Positions 12,036 through 23,850 of a stretch of 64,000 nucleotides of DNA are shown one piece after another. The number at the start of each line of letters is the position of its first letter. The first letter of the stretch is position 1. The stretch is from Octopus sinensis. Lineage: Eukaryota. Both the position numbers and the translations under genes were made by a program. The stretch covers positions 40,188,464 through 40,252,463 of the forward strand of contig NC_043011.1 of NCBI RefSeq assembly GCF_006345805.1, given 5' to 3'. Below the pieces are notes generated by a model. That model did no database searches and had not been told where the DNA came from. It saw only the letters and a program-made list of their open reading frames with translations.

Positions 12036-12506
12036 CTTAATGTTCTTACTACCTGCCAAACTAACCAATGTCTACTTACTAAAGAACCTACCCTCACCGT
12101 CACATTTACATTACTAGTTTTACTTTGGTTCGTAGATATTAAATTTCCATCTTGCAAAATTCTCCTTGCATGGTTTTCCTTACCTCATTCCCACCTTCAT
12201 CGGTTTCTCGAGAATTTCGTAATCTGGACTGTTTAAAGACACTCTCACCCTTCCTCACACAAACACTCAGATATTTAATAGTAAATAAAGTCATTATGGA
12301 AGACTATGTATGTATGTCTTATTTATCTGTATCACTGTCTACCTGTAGTCAGTGTGTATATATGTGTTTGTGTCTGTCTATATGTATTTATGTTTGTGAA
12401 TGTGTGTATGTGCCTCTCTATTTACGCCTCTATGGCTGTGTAAGTTTTCTTGATACTATATCTGTCTATACCTATTCTTATACATCTCCCTACATCACAA
12501 TTCTAT

Positions 12507-12618
12507 CCACTTATACATCTATCCACCTATATATCTGTCCGCCTATACATCTGTCCGCCTATACATCTGACCGCCTATACATCTGACCGCCTATACATCT
12601 GTCCGCCTATACATCTGT
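12507..12618 (+). repeat. 16-bp minisatellite (CCGCCTATACATCTGW), 5 near-perfect plus 2 degenerate copies
   Basis: Directly read tandem units from 12539 to 12618, with degenerate units at 12507 and 12523. Confidence 0.9.
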
Positions 12619-12619
12619 C

Positions 12620-13890
12620 TGCCAATACATCTTTGTCTGTCTCTCTGACTGTCTATCTGCCTACCTATCTATCTATCTGCCTGCCTACCTTTCTATTTAT
12701 TTATCTGCCTACCTACCTATCTATCTATCTGCCTGCCTACCTTTCTATTTATTTATCTGCCTGTCTGCCTATCTGTCTGTCTGTCTGTTTATCTTCCTGC
12801 CTATCTATCTACATATCTTCCTGCCTATTTATCTGTCTGTCTGCCTGTCTGTATATCTATCTGTCTGCCTGTCTGAATATCTGTCTATCTATCTATCTAT
12901 CTATCTATTTATCTGCCTGCCTATCTATCTGTCTGTCTATCTATCTGTCTGTCTGTCTATCTATCTATCTGCCTGTCTATTTACCACCTTTCTGTTTACC
13001 TGCCTATCTGTATACTTGTCTATCTATCTATCTATCTATCTATCTACATACCTACTTACGTATCTACCTACACACCTACCACTCTACCTACATACCAAGC
13101 TATCTACCTACCTCTCTATATCTCTCCCTCTATCTTTATCATTCTGTCACCCTGTGTGTCTCTATCTCTGCCTCTCTCTCTATCTCTATCTATCTCTATC
13201 ATCTATCCACCTATATCTCTCTATTTTTCTCTCTCTCTCTCTATCTATCTCCCTGTCTATCTCTATCTATCTATCTATCTATCTATCTCTGTCTATCTAT
13301 CTATCTATCTCTATCTATCTATCTCTATCTATCTATCTCTATCTATCTATCTATCTCTACCTATTTATCTCTCTCTCTATCGCTATATCTCTATCTCTAT
13401 CTCCCTCTCTGTCTCTCTCCCATTCTCTCTCTCTCTCGCTTTTTCTCTCCCTTGCTGTCCCTCCCTCGCTCTCTGTCTATCTGTTTGTCTCTCTTTCTCT
13501 GTCTGTGTCTCTCATTCTATCTCTCTCTGTCTCTCATTCTATCTCTCTCTGTCCCTCTATCTCTCTCCGTCTGTATCTTTATCCGTCTGTCTCTCTCTAC
13601 GCCTGTCTCTCTATCTCTCTACGTGTCTCTCTCTATCTCTCTACGTGTCTCTCTCTATCTCTCTACGTCTGTCTCTCTATCTCTCTTTATATCTCTGTCT
13701 CTCTCCTCTCTCGTTCTGTCTCTCTCCCCCACTCTATATCTCTCACCACGTCTCTCTCCCTCCCTCTTTGTATCTCTCTCTCCCTATATTTCCATTTACA
13801 TCTATCAATCCATATTTACCTATCTCAACCTGTATTTCCATCTACCTATCTGTCTATTTGCTCTGTCAATTACCTTTATCTGTATATCCA
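12620..13890 (+). repeat. Long pyrimidine-skewed compound microsatellite ((CTAT)n/(CTGT)n/(CCTA)n grading into (CT)n)
   Basis: About 1.3 kb of simple repeats with very few G; this explains the spurious 498/293/250-aa ORFs. Confidence 0.9.
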
Positions 13891-14439
13891 TTTATAAACC
13901 CATGCTAGATCGTCCAACTCATGCTAGCATGGAAAACGGACGTTAAACGATGATATGTATATATCTCAATCTCCCTCTCTATGTATCTCCATCTGTCAAT
14001 CTATCTGACTGTCTCTATAGACAACTCTCCATTTCTATCTCTATCATTTTCTCTATCTCTATCCACCATGTGTGTGTGTATATATTTATCTGTTTCTAGA
14101 TATGTAGTACTTCTGCCCCTCTGTTAGTACATTCACCTGCCTGTTAGTATACCTGCCCACCTGTTGATCTGTGCATCTACCCACCTGTCAGTTTCTTGAG
14201 ATATATGCCTACCTGTCTATCTGTTGATATATGTCTCCTGAGCTTCTTAGTTATATAACTAAAAACACTGTCCAAAAAAGTATTCAATACCTATTTTAAT
14301 GTACGATTCATATTCTCTTATATAACTAGATATTGGGCTTTGTATCACACTCACCAAATATTTGCTCCTATTTACAAGTATCGCCCAAAGTCAAGGCATG
14401 GGAACAGTAATGCATACTCACAAACGGTACATTGTGAAG

Positions 14440-14840
14440 GCGTGGTTGTGTGTTATAGTTTGCGTTCTAACTAGATGATTTTGGGCAAGTATCTCCTGCT
14501 AAAACCTTGGGACAACCAAATCCTTGTGAATGGTTTCATTAAACAAAACCTCAAAGAAACCAGATGTGTGTGTGTGCGCACACGTTTGTCTCTCTCTGCT
14601 TTGACGTAGTGTGATAGTTGTAAATGTGGGTAATAAAGAAATAAGTTGTAAATGAGTGTCACTCATTAGCTGTGTCATTCATTTTCCTGTGGCCAGACCT
14701 GTTTGGCTATAGGAAAATATTACCGTGCTTGGAGATAAGAGAGGGCTAGTCCAAAAGAAGGACATCTGGCCGTAGTAAAACTGCTTCGACGAACTCCATC
14801 TGACCCATGCAAACTTGGAAAAGTGAACGTTAAAGTGATG
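14440..14840 (+). mobile_element. tRNA-derived SINE family B, tail type 2 (degenerate)
   Basis: Head GCGTGGTTGTGTG...TTGGGCAAGT and tail ...GACCCATGCAAACTTGGAAAAGTGAACGTTAAAGTGATG. Confidence 0.6.
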
Positions 14841-14968
14841 GATGTGTGTGTATGAATGCTTGTGCGTGTATATGTATGCTTTGTGTGTGTGTGTATATAG
14901 GTATGCTTGTGTTTATATATGCATGCGTGTGTATTTTTATGCGTATATCTTTGTGTATTTATGTGCAC

Positions 14969-14971
14969 ACA

Positions 14972-15068
<97 letters not shown>
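14969..15068. repeat. (CA)n(TA)n compound microsatellite
   Basis: Directly visible; one of dozens of TA/CA tracts in the window. Confidence 0.9.
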
Positions 15069-15070
<2 letters not shown>

Positions 15071-15167
15071 GTGTCTGTTTGTATATAGGTGTTTGTGTGT
15101 GTTTTATGCACAACTCAGCAGTGGCTAAAGTTTCGAGTCAGGCCATAAGGAATATTATTACCTTGCA

Positions 15168-15211
<44 letters not shown>

Positions 15212-15229
15212 ATGAATCACTATTGTTTA

Positions 15230-15605
15230 AATTCCACGCGAGGGTCTGATAGAATTTGTCGAGGCAGATTTTCCACTACTGGATGCCCACCCTGTCGCTA
15301 ACACACACACCTGTTTTCAAGCAAGTCAATATTTCTCCGTAGCCAGACATGTTTTACATGGAAGACTGGAAACGAACAACATCGCTTATATGATGGTGAT
15401 GCTCATTTACAAACCATCATGTGATGTCAAGACAAGGGTATACATATACACACGCGGCTTTCGGTTTCCATCTACTAGATCTACTCACAAGGATTTAATT
15501 GGCCCGGGGCTTTAGTAGACTCTTGCCCAAGGTGCCATGCAGTGGGGCTCAACCAAAGACCACATGGTTAGGAAGTAAGCTTCTTAAACTCAGTACGCCT
15601 GCACC
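15230..15605 (-). mobile_element. tRNA-derived SINE family B, tail type 2
   Basis: Reverse complement of the family B head (CTTGCCCAAGGTGCCATGCAGTGGG...ACCACATGGTT.GGAAG.AAGCTTCTTA) and of the type 2 tail. Confidence 0.65.
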
Positions 15606-15694
15606 TTATGTGTGTGTGTTCCTTTGTGTACAATGCGTACGTATGTGTGCATATGTATATATGAGTGTGCTTATATGTGTGTATGCATGTGTAT

Positions 15695-15740
<46 letters not shown>

Positions 15741-15850
15741 GATCTATGTGTAGATTTGGATGTATGTATATATACCTTTGTTTACGTACGTTTATACGTA
15801 TATTTACACACGTGTGTGTATACTTACACACACATACATACATAATACAT

Positions 15851-15885
<35 letters not shown>

Positions 15886-16239
15886 TATATTTATATATAT
15901 TTATATATATTTATATTATTTATATATTTATATATATATATATATTTATATATATAAAGCTTTCTTGAAGACGATCAGAAGCGGTAAATGATAATGAAGT
16001 GGGATGGAGAAGGGTGAAGAGATGTAGGGAGTGTGTGTGAAAGAGAAACTCACATTTTATTACAGAATTATTATTATTATTATTATTTTCAATATCTTAT
16101 TCTATTTATCTTACTGATTCGTGTTCTTAATTATTTTAATTCTACAATTCCAAAGCTGGCTACAATCGCTCGATTGTAATGTTATTGAATGCTCTCTCTC
16201 TCTCTCACGTACACACCCTTCGTCTTTCTCTCACCAATA

Positions 16240-16512
16240 CTTCAACAACCACCGCTACTACCGCCATCCACGTTACCACCACCATCCGATTTAAAAGCAG
16301 TCGGTGCTTGTAATGTTGATGATGATGGTGATGGTGGTGGTGGTGGTAGTAGTTGTAATGGTAGTAGAAGTAATAGTAATAGTAGTAGTGGTGGTTGTGG
16401 TGACGGTGGTTATGGCTGAAGGAGATGGTTGCGGCGGCGGCTGCTAACGTCGGCGGCGGCGAAGGTGGTGGTGGAGGCGGCGGCGGCGGCGCTAGCTTGT
16501 CACATGCAAGCA
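16240..16512. promoter_or_regulatory. CpG/GGC-rich island inside the presumed WASF intron; candidate alternative promoter or enhancer
   Basis: (GGC)n runs and many CpGs at 16430-16492 after a GAT/GGT/AGT trinucleotide mosaic, then palindromic arms GCTTG-TCACATG-CAAGC enclosing an E-box-like CACATG. The flanking intron is CpG-poor. Confidence 0.35.
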
Positions 16513-17014
16513 ACGTCCTTTTGTTCGGTGAAAAGAAAACTACAGAATAAATAAATGAAAGAATAAATGAAATGAAACGAAATGAAAATAGAGGAAATAT
16601 CTATCGATAAAGATCTGTGGTGGTGGTGTTGTGGTTGTTGTTGTCGTCGTAGTTGTTGTTGCTGTAGTTTTTTGTTGTTGTAGTTGTTACACTAGCACCC
16701 GCTGATATGTCTCAGTGTCCTTGAGAAATGCATGAACGTCACCCAGTCTCATTTCGCTTCGTTTATTTATATTATAAACGCGAAGTGTGTGTGTGTGTGT
16801 GAGAACGGAAGAAATTATCTTTGTTGAAATTTAATCACTTCAAATGGTTTCTTCTGACAAATAGATTTTCCAGTGGTTTTATTGTTTATAATAATAAAAT
16901 AGACATTTTTTGGTAAATGTGTTGGTATTTGGTCTTCTGGTGTATATCTCCCTGTTCATCTTATTTATTGTATTTTGTTAGGGGGGATGGGTGAGGTGAG
17001 GTCGGGGTTGGATG

Positions 17015-17046
<32 letters not shown>

Positions 17047-19508
17047 CCTGTGTGTGCTTGTCTTATTCTATCTTTCTATCTCTGTCTCTCTATCTCTGTT
17101 TACCTCTATTCGTATATTCCTCTAACTCCGTATACCTATCTGTCTCTTCTTTCCTCGTTTTCTTATCACCCACATTCAATCTTCGTTGCCATCATCATCA
17201 TCATCATCATCATCTTCACAACCGCCACAACCATCAGTCATCATCATCATCAACCTCATCATCATCATGCACCGCAGCTGCCCTAGTTCTTTCGCCTACC
17301 TCAAGTCTTTTCTTTTCCTCTCTCTTTCTCTCTCTCACACACACACACAACATAACATATCACTACTTTGAGCTTTTGTGTTGTCAAGCCGTCAAAAGCT
17401 TGTAGTCCTCCTTTTGCAATAGTCAGAAAGTCACATAGCATTCTGAGATGTTTCTTCTCTCTTCCTATGTGTTATGTATTCCGTGTTAAGTTTGACGTTT
17501 GATTGTATCATTATGTATGCTTTTTGCTGACTCTTTTTTCCTACCACGCCCCTCCCTCCCCATCTCTCCTTCCCCTCCCCTCCCCCCTCTATCAGATTCT
17601 TATTCTTGTTTCTGTTGATGTCACATGAATTGAATTTTTATGTTTAGAAATTATGTAATTAATTAATATCAGAATTTTATTCTCGCTTCTGTGGTGGTTG
17701 TTTGTTATTGGTGTCGGTATTGAAGAAATCAGGAATATGACCACCATTAAAATAGAGGTCAACCTCTGGCAAGCCAAGTCCACGTCCTGTTTTTATTTTT
17801 TAAATTTTTTTTCTTCTTATTGTCCTGTTCTAGCAATTTTGTATTTCCCTTTATCTCACTGATATTACTAGCAAGGTATGAAATTCATAACATGCTATTT
17901 ATGTAGGTTTTTATTTGGGAAAATATTCCAAGCCTCAGTTCTATGTTGAAATCAAAATTAATGCAGGTACTGTGGAGTGGCAGAGCTTTGGTTGAAAATA
18001 CCTGATGGAATTTAATTTTACAGCCTTACCTGTCTTAAGTTTTTGACTCAAATCTTGCTAAGATTAACATTACTTCTTCTGATGGGGATTTGGGGGTTAA
18101 TAATATTATTATTATCAGGTATGTGTTAAAATCAATTTGCCCTCTTAAATGTATGACCTTGTGCCATTATGACTTATTATTATAGCACAGAGGCTAGCAG
18201 AACAACTGATGAGAAACCTTGTGTTGTCTGTTAGAATCAGTAGTGATGGTAAAAAATTTTTGTGGTAGATGGTAGGATTGGGAAAGCAATGGCAAAGAAG
18301 CTTTGTGGTGGCTGGTGGCATTGGTAGAGCAATAGAGGAGTTTCTTCTTATGGTTGACAAAATTGGTATGATGAAGCAGAAAATAGAAGTTGCCTTTAGT
18401 TATGTTTGTGTTTTAAGTTCAAATCGCAGTGGTTCAATTTTTTGCTTTTTATTGTTTGCTGGTCAATTTGTCCCATTCAACTTCTTGTGTTGATCTGTTT
18501 CATCCCACCCGCCTATCTCTTGTCAATTATATCTGTTAGAAAAATTATTTTATTGTAAAAGTTGAAAAATTACTTTAAAATGTGGATCTGAATTGTTTTA
18601 GAGTCTCAATATGTCCACTGTTGTTCAGTCTGTTTCAATGAAATCAGTATCAATGACCTTATATTTAGAAGTCTGTACACACCCTCTTATTTATAGGAAT
18701 ACCAGAATTGTAACTTACAGATGAAAAATAAGATTTTCAAAAATCATTTTCTAATTGGCAACAGGTGTGTTGTTTTTCTCTAGAATTACAAATTTATGCA
18801 GCTTGTCAATGTTGTTGGAGTTTGTCTCTGTGTGTATGGCTAAAATCTGGTGCATGTTGAAGAGAAATTGCTTTTTAAATTTGTAATAATACACTACATT
18901 ATAAACATCACACTTGTCATGACTGATGACATATCCTGCTAAATTTAGCTACAGGATAATTCTTTCTCATTTTTACCAACATTGGGAAACAACTGACATG
19001 CATGTACATACACACATGCATCTGTGTCTAGTGATTGTGTTAGAACAGTCTCATAAGCTGATGTTGACAAGTTTTTATTTTTCCTTTTTTCAGTCTTTGT
19101 TTTTGGTTTATGCGGCTTTGGTAGGCCTGTTGGCTCTTTTTTTTTCTTTGCACCCAATGCACTGGTGATGCAGTTACTATGGTGTAATCTCATTCAGATC
19201 TAGCTAGTAAACCAGATTTTTTCATTTCTATTATGATGGTCAAGGAAGAAATGTCAGTTGTGATGACAAGGATGTTCTAAGGCTCTCACACACTAAATAT
19301 AAGGATAGAGACGGTATCAAGGATATCTGCAGGAAAAAATTGTGAGCAACAGAGAAAGGAATTTTTGTGGATCATCTTGGAAAAAGGATTTCTTTCTCTG
19401 GGTGAGAAAAGGAAGTGAAAGCAAATAAGGTTTCTACGTGTTTTGTGCCCAGATTTTCTGTTTCATGGCTGTGACATTGGGAAAGCAAATCTATTCCCAG
19501 GTCTTCTT

Positions 19509-19661
19509 ATATATCTTTATTTACATAGGCTTCAGATTTTCCTTTTTGTCTTGAAAGTAGAGCAGGGAACGTAACAGCCAAATACAGACCTTCAGTTCCT
19601 TCTGTGTACAGGATTGCATGGGTGTTTTTTTTTTTTTTTTTTCCATTTAATTTATAGACCT
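19509..19661 (+). repeat. Local ~150-bp direct duplication, copy 1 (copy 2 at 21111-21266)
   Basis: Both copies read ATATATCTTTAT.TACATAGGCTTCAGATTTTCCTTTTTGTCTTGAAAGTAGAGCAGGGAAC...CATTTAATTTATAGACCT with few differences. Confidence 0.9.
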
Positions 19662-20373
19662 CTGTTGCCCACTATGTGATCTTTCTAGTTTATTTGTATG
19701 GAGTTCAAGCAATCAGGAGAAAGGTTTTCTGCTGGCAAGTGAGCCAGACTGTCATGAGTAACTGTAATTACAGGAGAATTGATGTCAGCAGAGCAAGCTA
19801 ACATTATATGCTAATTACATGAGAGTCACTTCATTGGAGAATTACAACATTATGTGCTGCTCCTTTAGAAATGGACAAACTTGCTGTTGACAGCTAAATA
19901 TTTTATCCATGAATATATCACTCCACCTGTAGACAATATATGAACCACAGAATATTCAGATGGTTTTTAAGAAACCTGTAGACTCAGCCATACATTTCTC
20001 TACACTTGTGTATTGCTGTTGCATGCACGTTTGTGTATGCATGTGTGTGTGTGTGTGTGTGTGTATGCATAATCCGTTGTCTATTCTTGTTTGTCCCCTC
20101 TATGTTTAGCCCCTTGTGAATTCAATATTCCACTTTCAAATCCAATGGCTCTGGATTTGACTAAAGCCCTGTGAGGAGTGCTCAGTAGTTCTCTCACAAG
20201 ATGGGAAGCTATTCAAGAGTTATTGGATCTGTGTCACTTAATAACACTTATTGGTAACATATCATTGCCATGTCAAATAATAGGCTGCATTATAACCCAT
20301 GATATAAAACTGTTACTCTATCAGCCCTTCCCTGAAAAGTATCATAATAGTATTTGGTGAAGCATACTTTTCT

Positions 20374-20590
20374 TTAACCATTTAGCATTTAAACTGGCCG
20401 TATCAGACCCAAATATTCTTCTTTTGTGTTCAGACTGGTCAAATCTGGCCTCTTACACCTACCTACAATGTCATTCAAAATCAAATAATCATACCTTTGA
20501 AGTCTCAAAGCCATGAAATAATGCCGGATTAATTGAAAACAATGTGAATAAAAGCATTACATTTGACAGTAATCTGGATGCTAAAGGTAG
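20374..20590. mobile_element. piggyBac-like MITE, second family (other copies at about 36445-36645 and 39166-39382)
   Basis: TTAA-CCATTTAGCATT start and ATGCTAAAGG end; the internal sequence is shared by three copies. Confidence 0.55.
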
Positions 20591-21110
20591 GGAGTTAAGC
20601 AGTAATACAAATAAATATCTTGGAAGTTAAACCGTAGTTCACATTTTGGTAACGTCTTGGATAACGTACAGAAAATTATAATCTCCACTCTGACCTTGTA
20701 ACTTGCATTCTCTATTGTGTGTGTGTGTATCATTATTTTTACATCCATTTTTAAATTCTAGCATGGATTAGACAAATCTTTTGAAGCAGCTATCTCTACA
20801 GCTGGTTGCTCTTTCACTAATCTTTACTTGATACTTTTTTCATTCCATTGGTCATCACATATTTACTGGTGAAAGTAAATACTGGTGAATAATATCATGG
20901 TCTTGCATTTTGATGGTGCTGTCCCTTATCACTGCGTGACAACTGGTGTTGGTATGTTTACGTCCCCATAACTTAGTGGTTTGGCAATAGAGATGATGGA
21001 ATGAGTACCAGGCTTATAAACAAGCAAAAATATTGTGGTTCTTCTAGATGATACTCCAGCATGGCTACAGTCCAATGAATGAAGCAAGTAAAAAATATGT
21101 ACCTGTGTGC

Positions 21111-21266
21111 ATATATCTTTATCTACATAGGCTTCAGATTTTCCTTTTTGTCTTGAAAGTAGAGCAGGGAACATAACAACCAAATATGGACCTTCAGTTC
21201 CTTCTGTGTACAGGATTTGCATGGGTGTTTTTTTGTTGTTTTTTTTTTCATTTAATTTATAGACCT
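21111..21266 (+). repeat. Local ~150-bp direct duplication, copy 2
   Basis: See 19509-19661. Confidence 0.9.
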
Positions 21267-21284
21267 TTTATACATATTTTTGCT

Positions 21285-21545
21285 GCCTGGACTGGCTCCT
21301 GTTCTGGTGGGATGTAAAATGCACCATCCGATCGTGATCATTGCCAGCCCCCTCTGGCCCCTGTGTCGGTGGCATGTAAGAAAGCACCCACTACACTCTG
21401 AGTGGTTGGCATTAGGAAGGGCATCCAGCTGTAGAAATACTGCCAGATCAGACTGGAGCCTGCTGCAGCCTCCTGGCTTCCCAGACCCCAGTTGAACCGT
21501 CCAATCCATGCCAGCATGGAAAACAGACGTTAAATGATGATGATG
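21285..21545 (+). mobile_element. Retroposon 3' portion with (TGA)n tail (relatives at 33363-33545 -, 57294-57352 -, 13899-13953 +)
   Basis: GAGTGGTTGGCATTAGGAAGGGCATCCAGCTGTAGAAA...CCATGCCAGCATGGAAAACAGACGTTAAATGATGATGATG. Confidence 0.7.
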
Positions 21546-22077
21546 TTGTTTTAACATTAACCATCCCATACTTGCATGGGTTAGAGGAAACTCTGAAATA
21601 GATTTTTCAATGGATGCATTTCCTGTTGCCAATCCTCAATTCTTTCCTAGTAAATGAATATTTCACAATCATTTCGGGCACTGTAGAGTACAGTAGTTAC
21701 ACATAACATTTGCAGAGGATGGAAATGCCATCATTTCTTACATTGAATTTTGTTTATATCCATGTCATATTCTTTCACATAACCCTGCATACACACACGG
21801 ACTTAATTTGATGCAGTAGTTTTGAAAGTGCAGAACGTTGGGTCATATTGTCAACAGGGAATCTAAATATTACTACACCATTCTGCTGAGGTGGTTGCTA
21901 GGAAACATGTAGACTGTCAACACACACATGCACACGATAGGTTTCTATATTGTTTCATTCCAATTCCATTTACAAGACACTGATTGGCCTAGGGCTATAA
22001 AAGATGATACTTGCTCAAGATATCATACAGTGAGATCAACTTATAGACACTGCAATTAGATGTATTTAAAAAATTTT

Positions 22078-22422
22078 TTTACTTGTTTCAGTTATTTGAC
22101 TGTGGCCATGCTGGAGCACCACCTTTTACTCAAACAAATCAACCCCAGAACTTATACTTTGTTAGCCTAGTACTTATTCTATCAGTCTCTTTTGCCGAGC
22201 TGCTAAGTTACAGTGACATAAACGCACCAATATTGGTTCTCAAGTGATGATGGGGCAACAAACACAGACACACAAGTACACACACACACACACACACATA
22301 TGACAGGCTTCTTTCAGTTTCCACCTACCAAATCCATTTACAAGGCTTTGGTTAGCCCAAGGTGTCATGCAGTGGGACTGAACCCGGAACCTTGAGGTTG
22401 GAAAGCAAACTTCTTACCACAC
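22078..22422 (-). mobile_element. tRNA-derived SINE family B, tail type 1
   Basis: Reverse complement of 31144-31540, with an internal (CA)n. Confidence 0.75.
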
Positions 22423-23289
22423 AGCCACTCCTGATGTATAAATGTTTACGTATGTGTGTGAATGTAATAACATTTGTTACTGCTTGGGATATGTGGGGCT
22501 ATTACTACAGCATAAATGAAGGTATGGCATTGATAAGATATTTTTAACTGAGGTGGACACAAATGGTTATAACTGTTATACATTATTGAAATGTCGAGAA
22601 CTTTTACTGTTCCACTTTCTAAGCCCTCAATAAATTTAGTTAACTTACCATGATCTATTGTTATGCATCATGTCCTGAAGCTATGATAAAATCAGAAAAC
22701 AAGGTTCATTATTTCCGATAAAATTAAGGAACAAGTAATGAACCTCTATTGAAATGCATCTTTGAAAAATAGGAGAGATGTTATCATATATCTTAGATAA
22801 GGATCCAGACTCTGGTTCCCTCTTTCCTTTTGAATTGCTTTTTGAAGAATGCATATCAAGTCATGTTTTCTTGAGTTTTCTCCCATGAAACAATTTGGTA
22901 ACCGGACAGTGTGTCCATTGCATCTCTTTTTTGCCTTGTGGCTGCCCTCTCATTTGAGTTCATTTTCAGTAAGTTGCTCCACAATTTCCATATATGTTGA
23001 AGTGTGGTGTGCTAATTCTTGCTGATTCTCAATAGATAAACTCTTGCAATGATACTCTTATTAACTCATGCAAATCATTCACATATTTTGCATCCTGCCT
23101 TTATAAGCCATCTCTGTTGTGTCATTGATGTCATGACTGCTAGTACTACTCCAAGATGTCATTGTATACTTCTGACCATAATTTCTTCCAAACTCTATAA
23201 CTGCATTTCTCAGTTACCGTGTCCCAAGCTGCTTCAATATTATCTAAGGCCTTTGCAATATGTTAGCATGTTCGAAAGATTATCTTGGG

Positions 23290-23850
23290 TACGTGTGACT
23301 GTTTCGTTAAGAAATTTGCTTCCCAATCACATAGTTCTGGGTTCAGTACCACTTCATGGCACCTTGGGGCAAGTGTCTTCTACTGTAATCAAAAGCTGAC
23401 CAAATCCGGAGTGGATTTGGTAGACAGAAAGTGTGTGTGTTGTGGTTTCTTTGCCTTGACACTGCATGATAGGTGTAAGCAAGTGTCACTGCCATTCAAG
23501 AGAAGTCTTTCGTTTCTAATCTTTCTTGGAAACATGTTTAGTCATGGGGAAATATTGCTTTACTCGGAAACTAGCTAGGGTTGGTAATAGGAAGGGCATC
23601 TCTCTATAGAAAATCACCTCTTTGCATAGACATTGCATGAAAGTTGTAAATGAGTAGCACTCTCGTACAAGAGAGCTCTTTCATTTCTAATCTTCCATGA
23701 AAGCATGTCTGGTCATTGGGAAAGGTTACTTTGCTTAGAAACTGTCAAGGGTTGAAGGCAGGAAGAGCATCCAGCTATAGGAAATGCTCAACAAGATCTG
23801 TTCAACCCATGCGAACATGAAATGAAAGAGTTAATGCTAAGATGATGATG
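23290..23850 (+). mobile_element. tRNA-derived SINE family B, tail type 2, with an internal partial duplication
   Basis: Head GGTTCAGTACCACT..TGGCACCTTGGGGCAAGTGTCTTC. The segment CATG..TGGTCAT.GGGAAA..T..CTT..CT..GAAAC..AGGGTTG...GGAAG.GCATC occurs twice. (TGA)n end. Confidence 0.65.

Noticed and set aside
12450-13946. 498-aa ORF and overlapping 293/250-aa ORFs
   Set aside because: Translation of pyrimidine-rich simple repeats that rarely form stop codons; L/S/I/Y/C low complexity and open in several frames.
16189-16513. Poly-Pro/His/Gly ORFs resembling a WAVE proline-rich region
   Set aside because: Trinucleotide microsatellite mosaic; the main poly-Pro run is on the wrong strand and upstream of the WAVE start exon.
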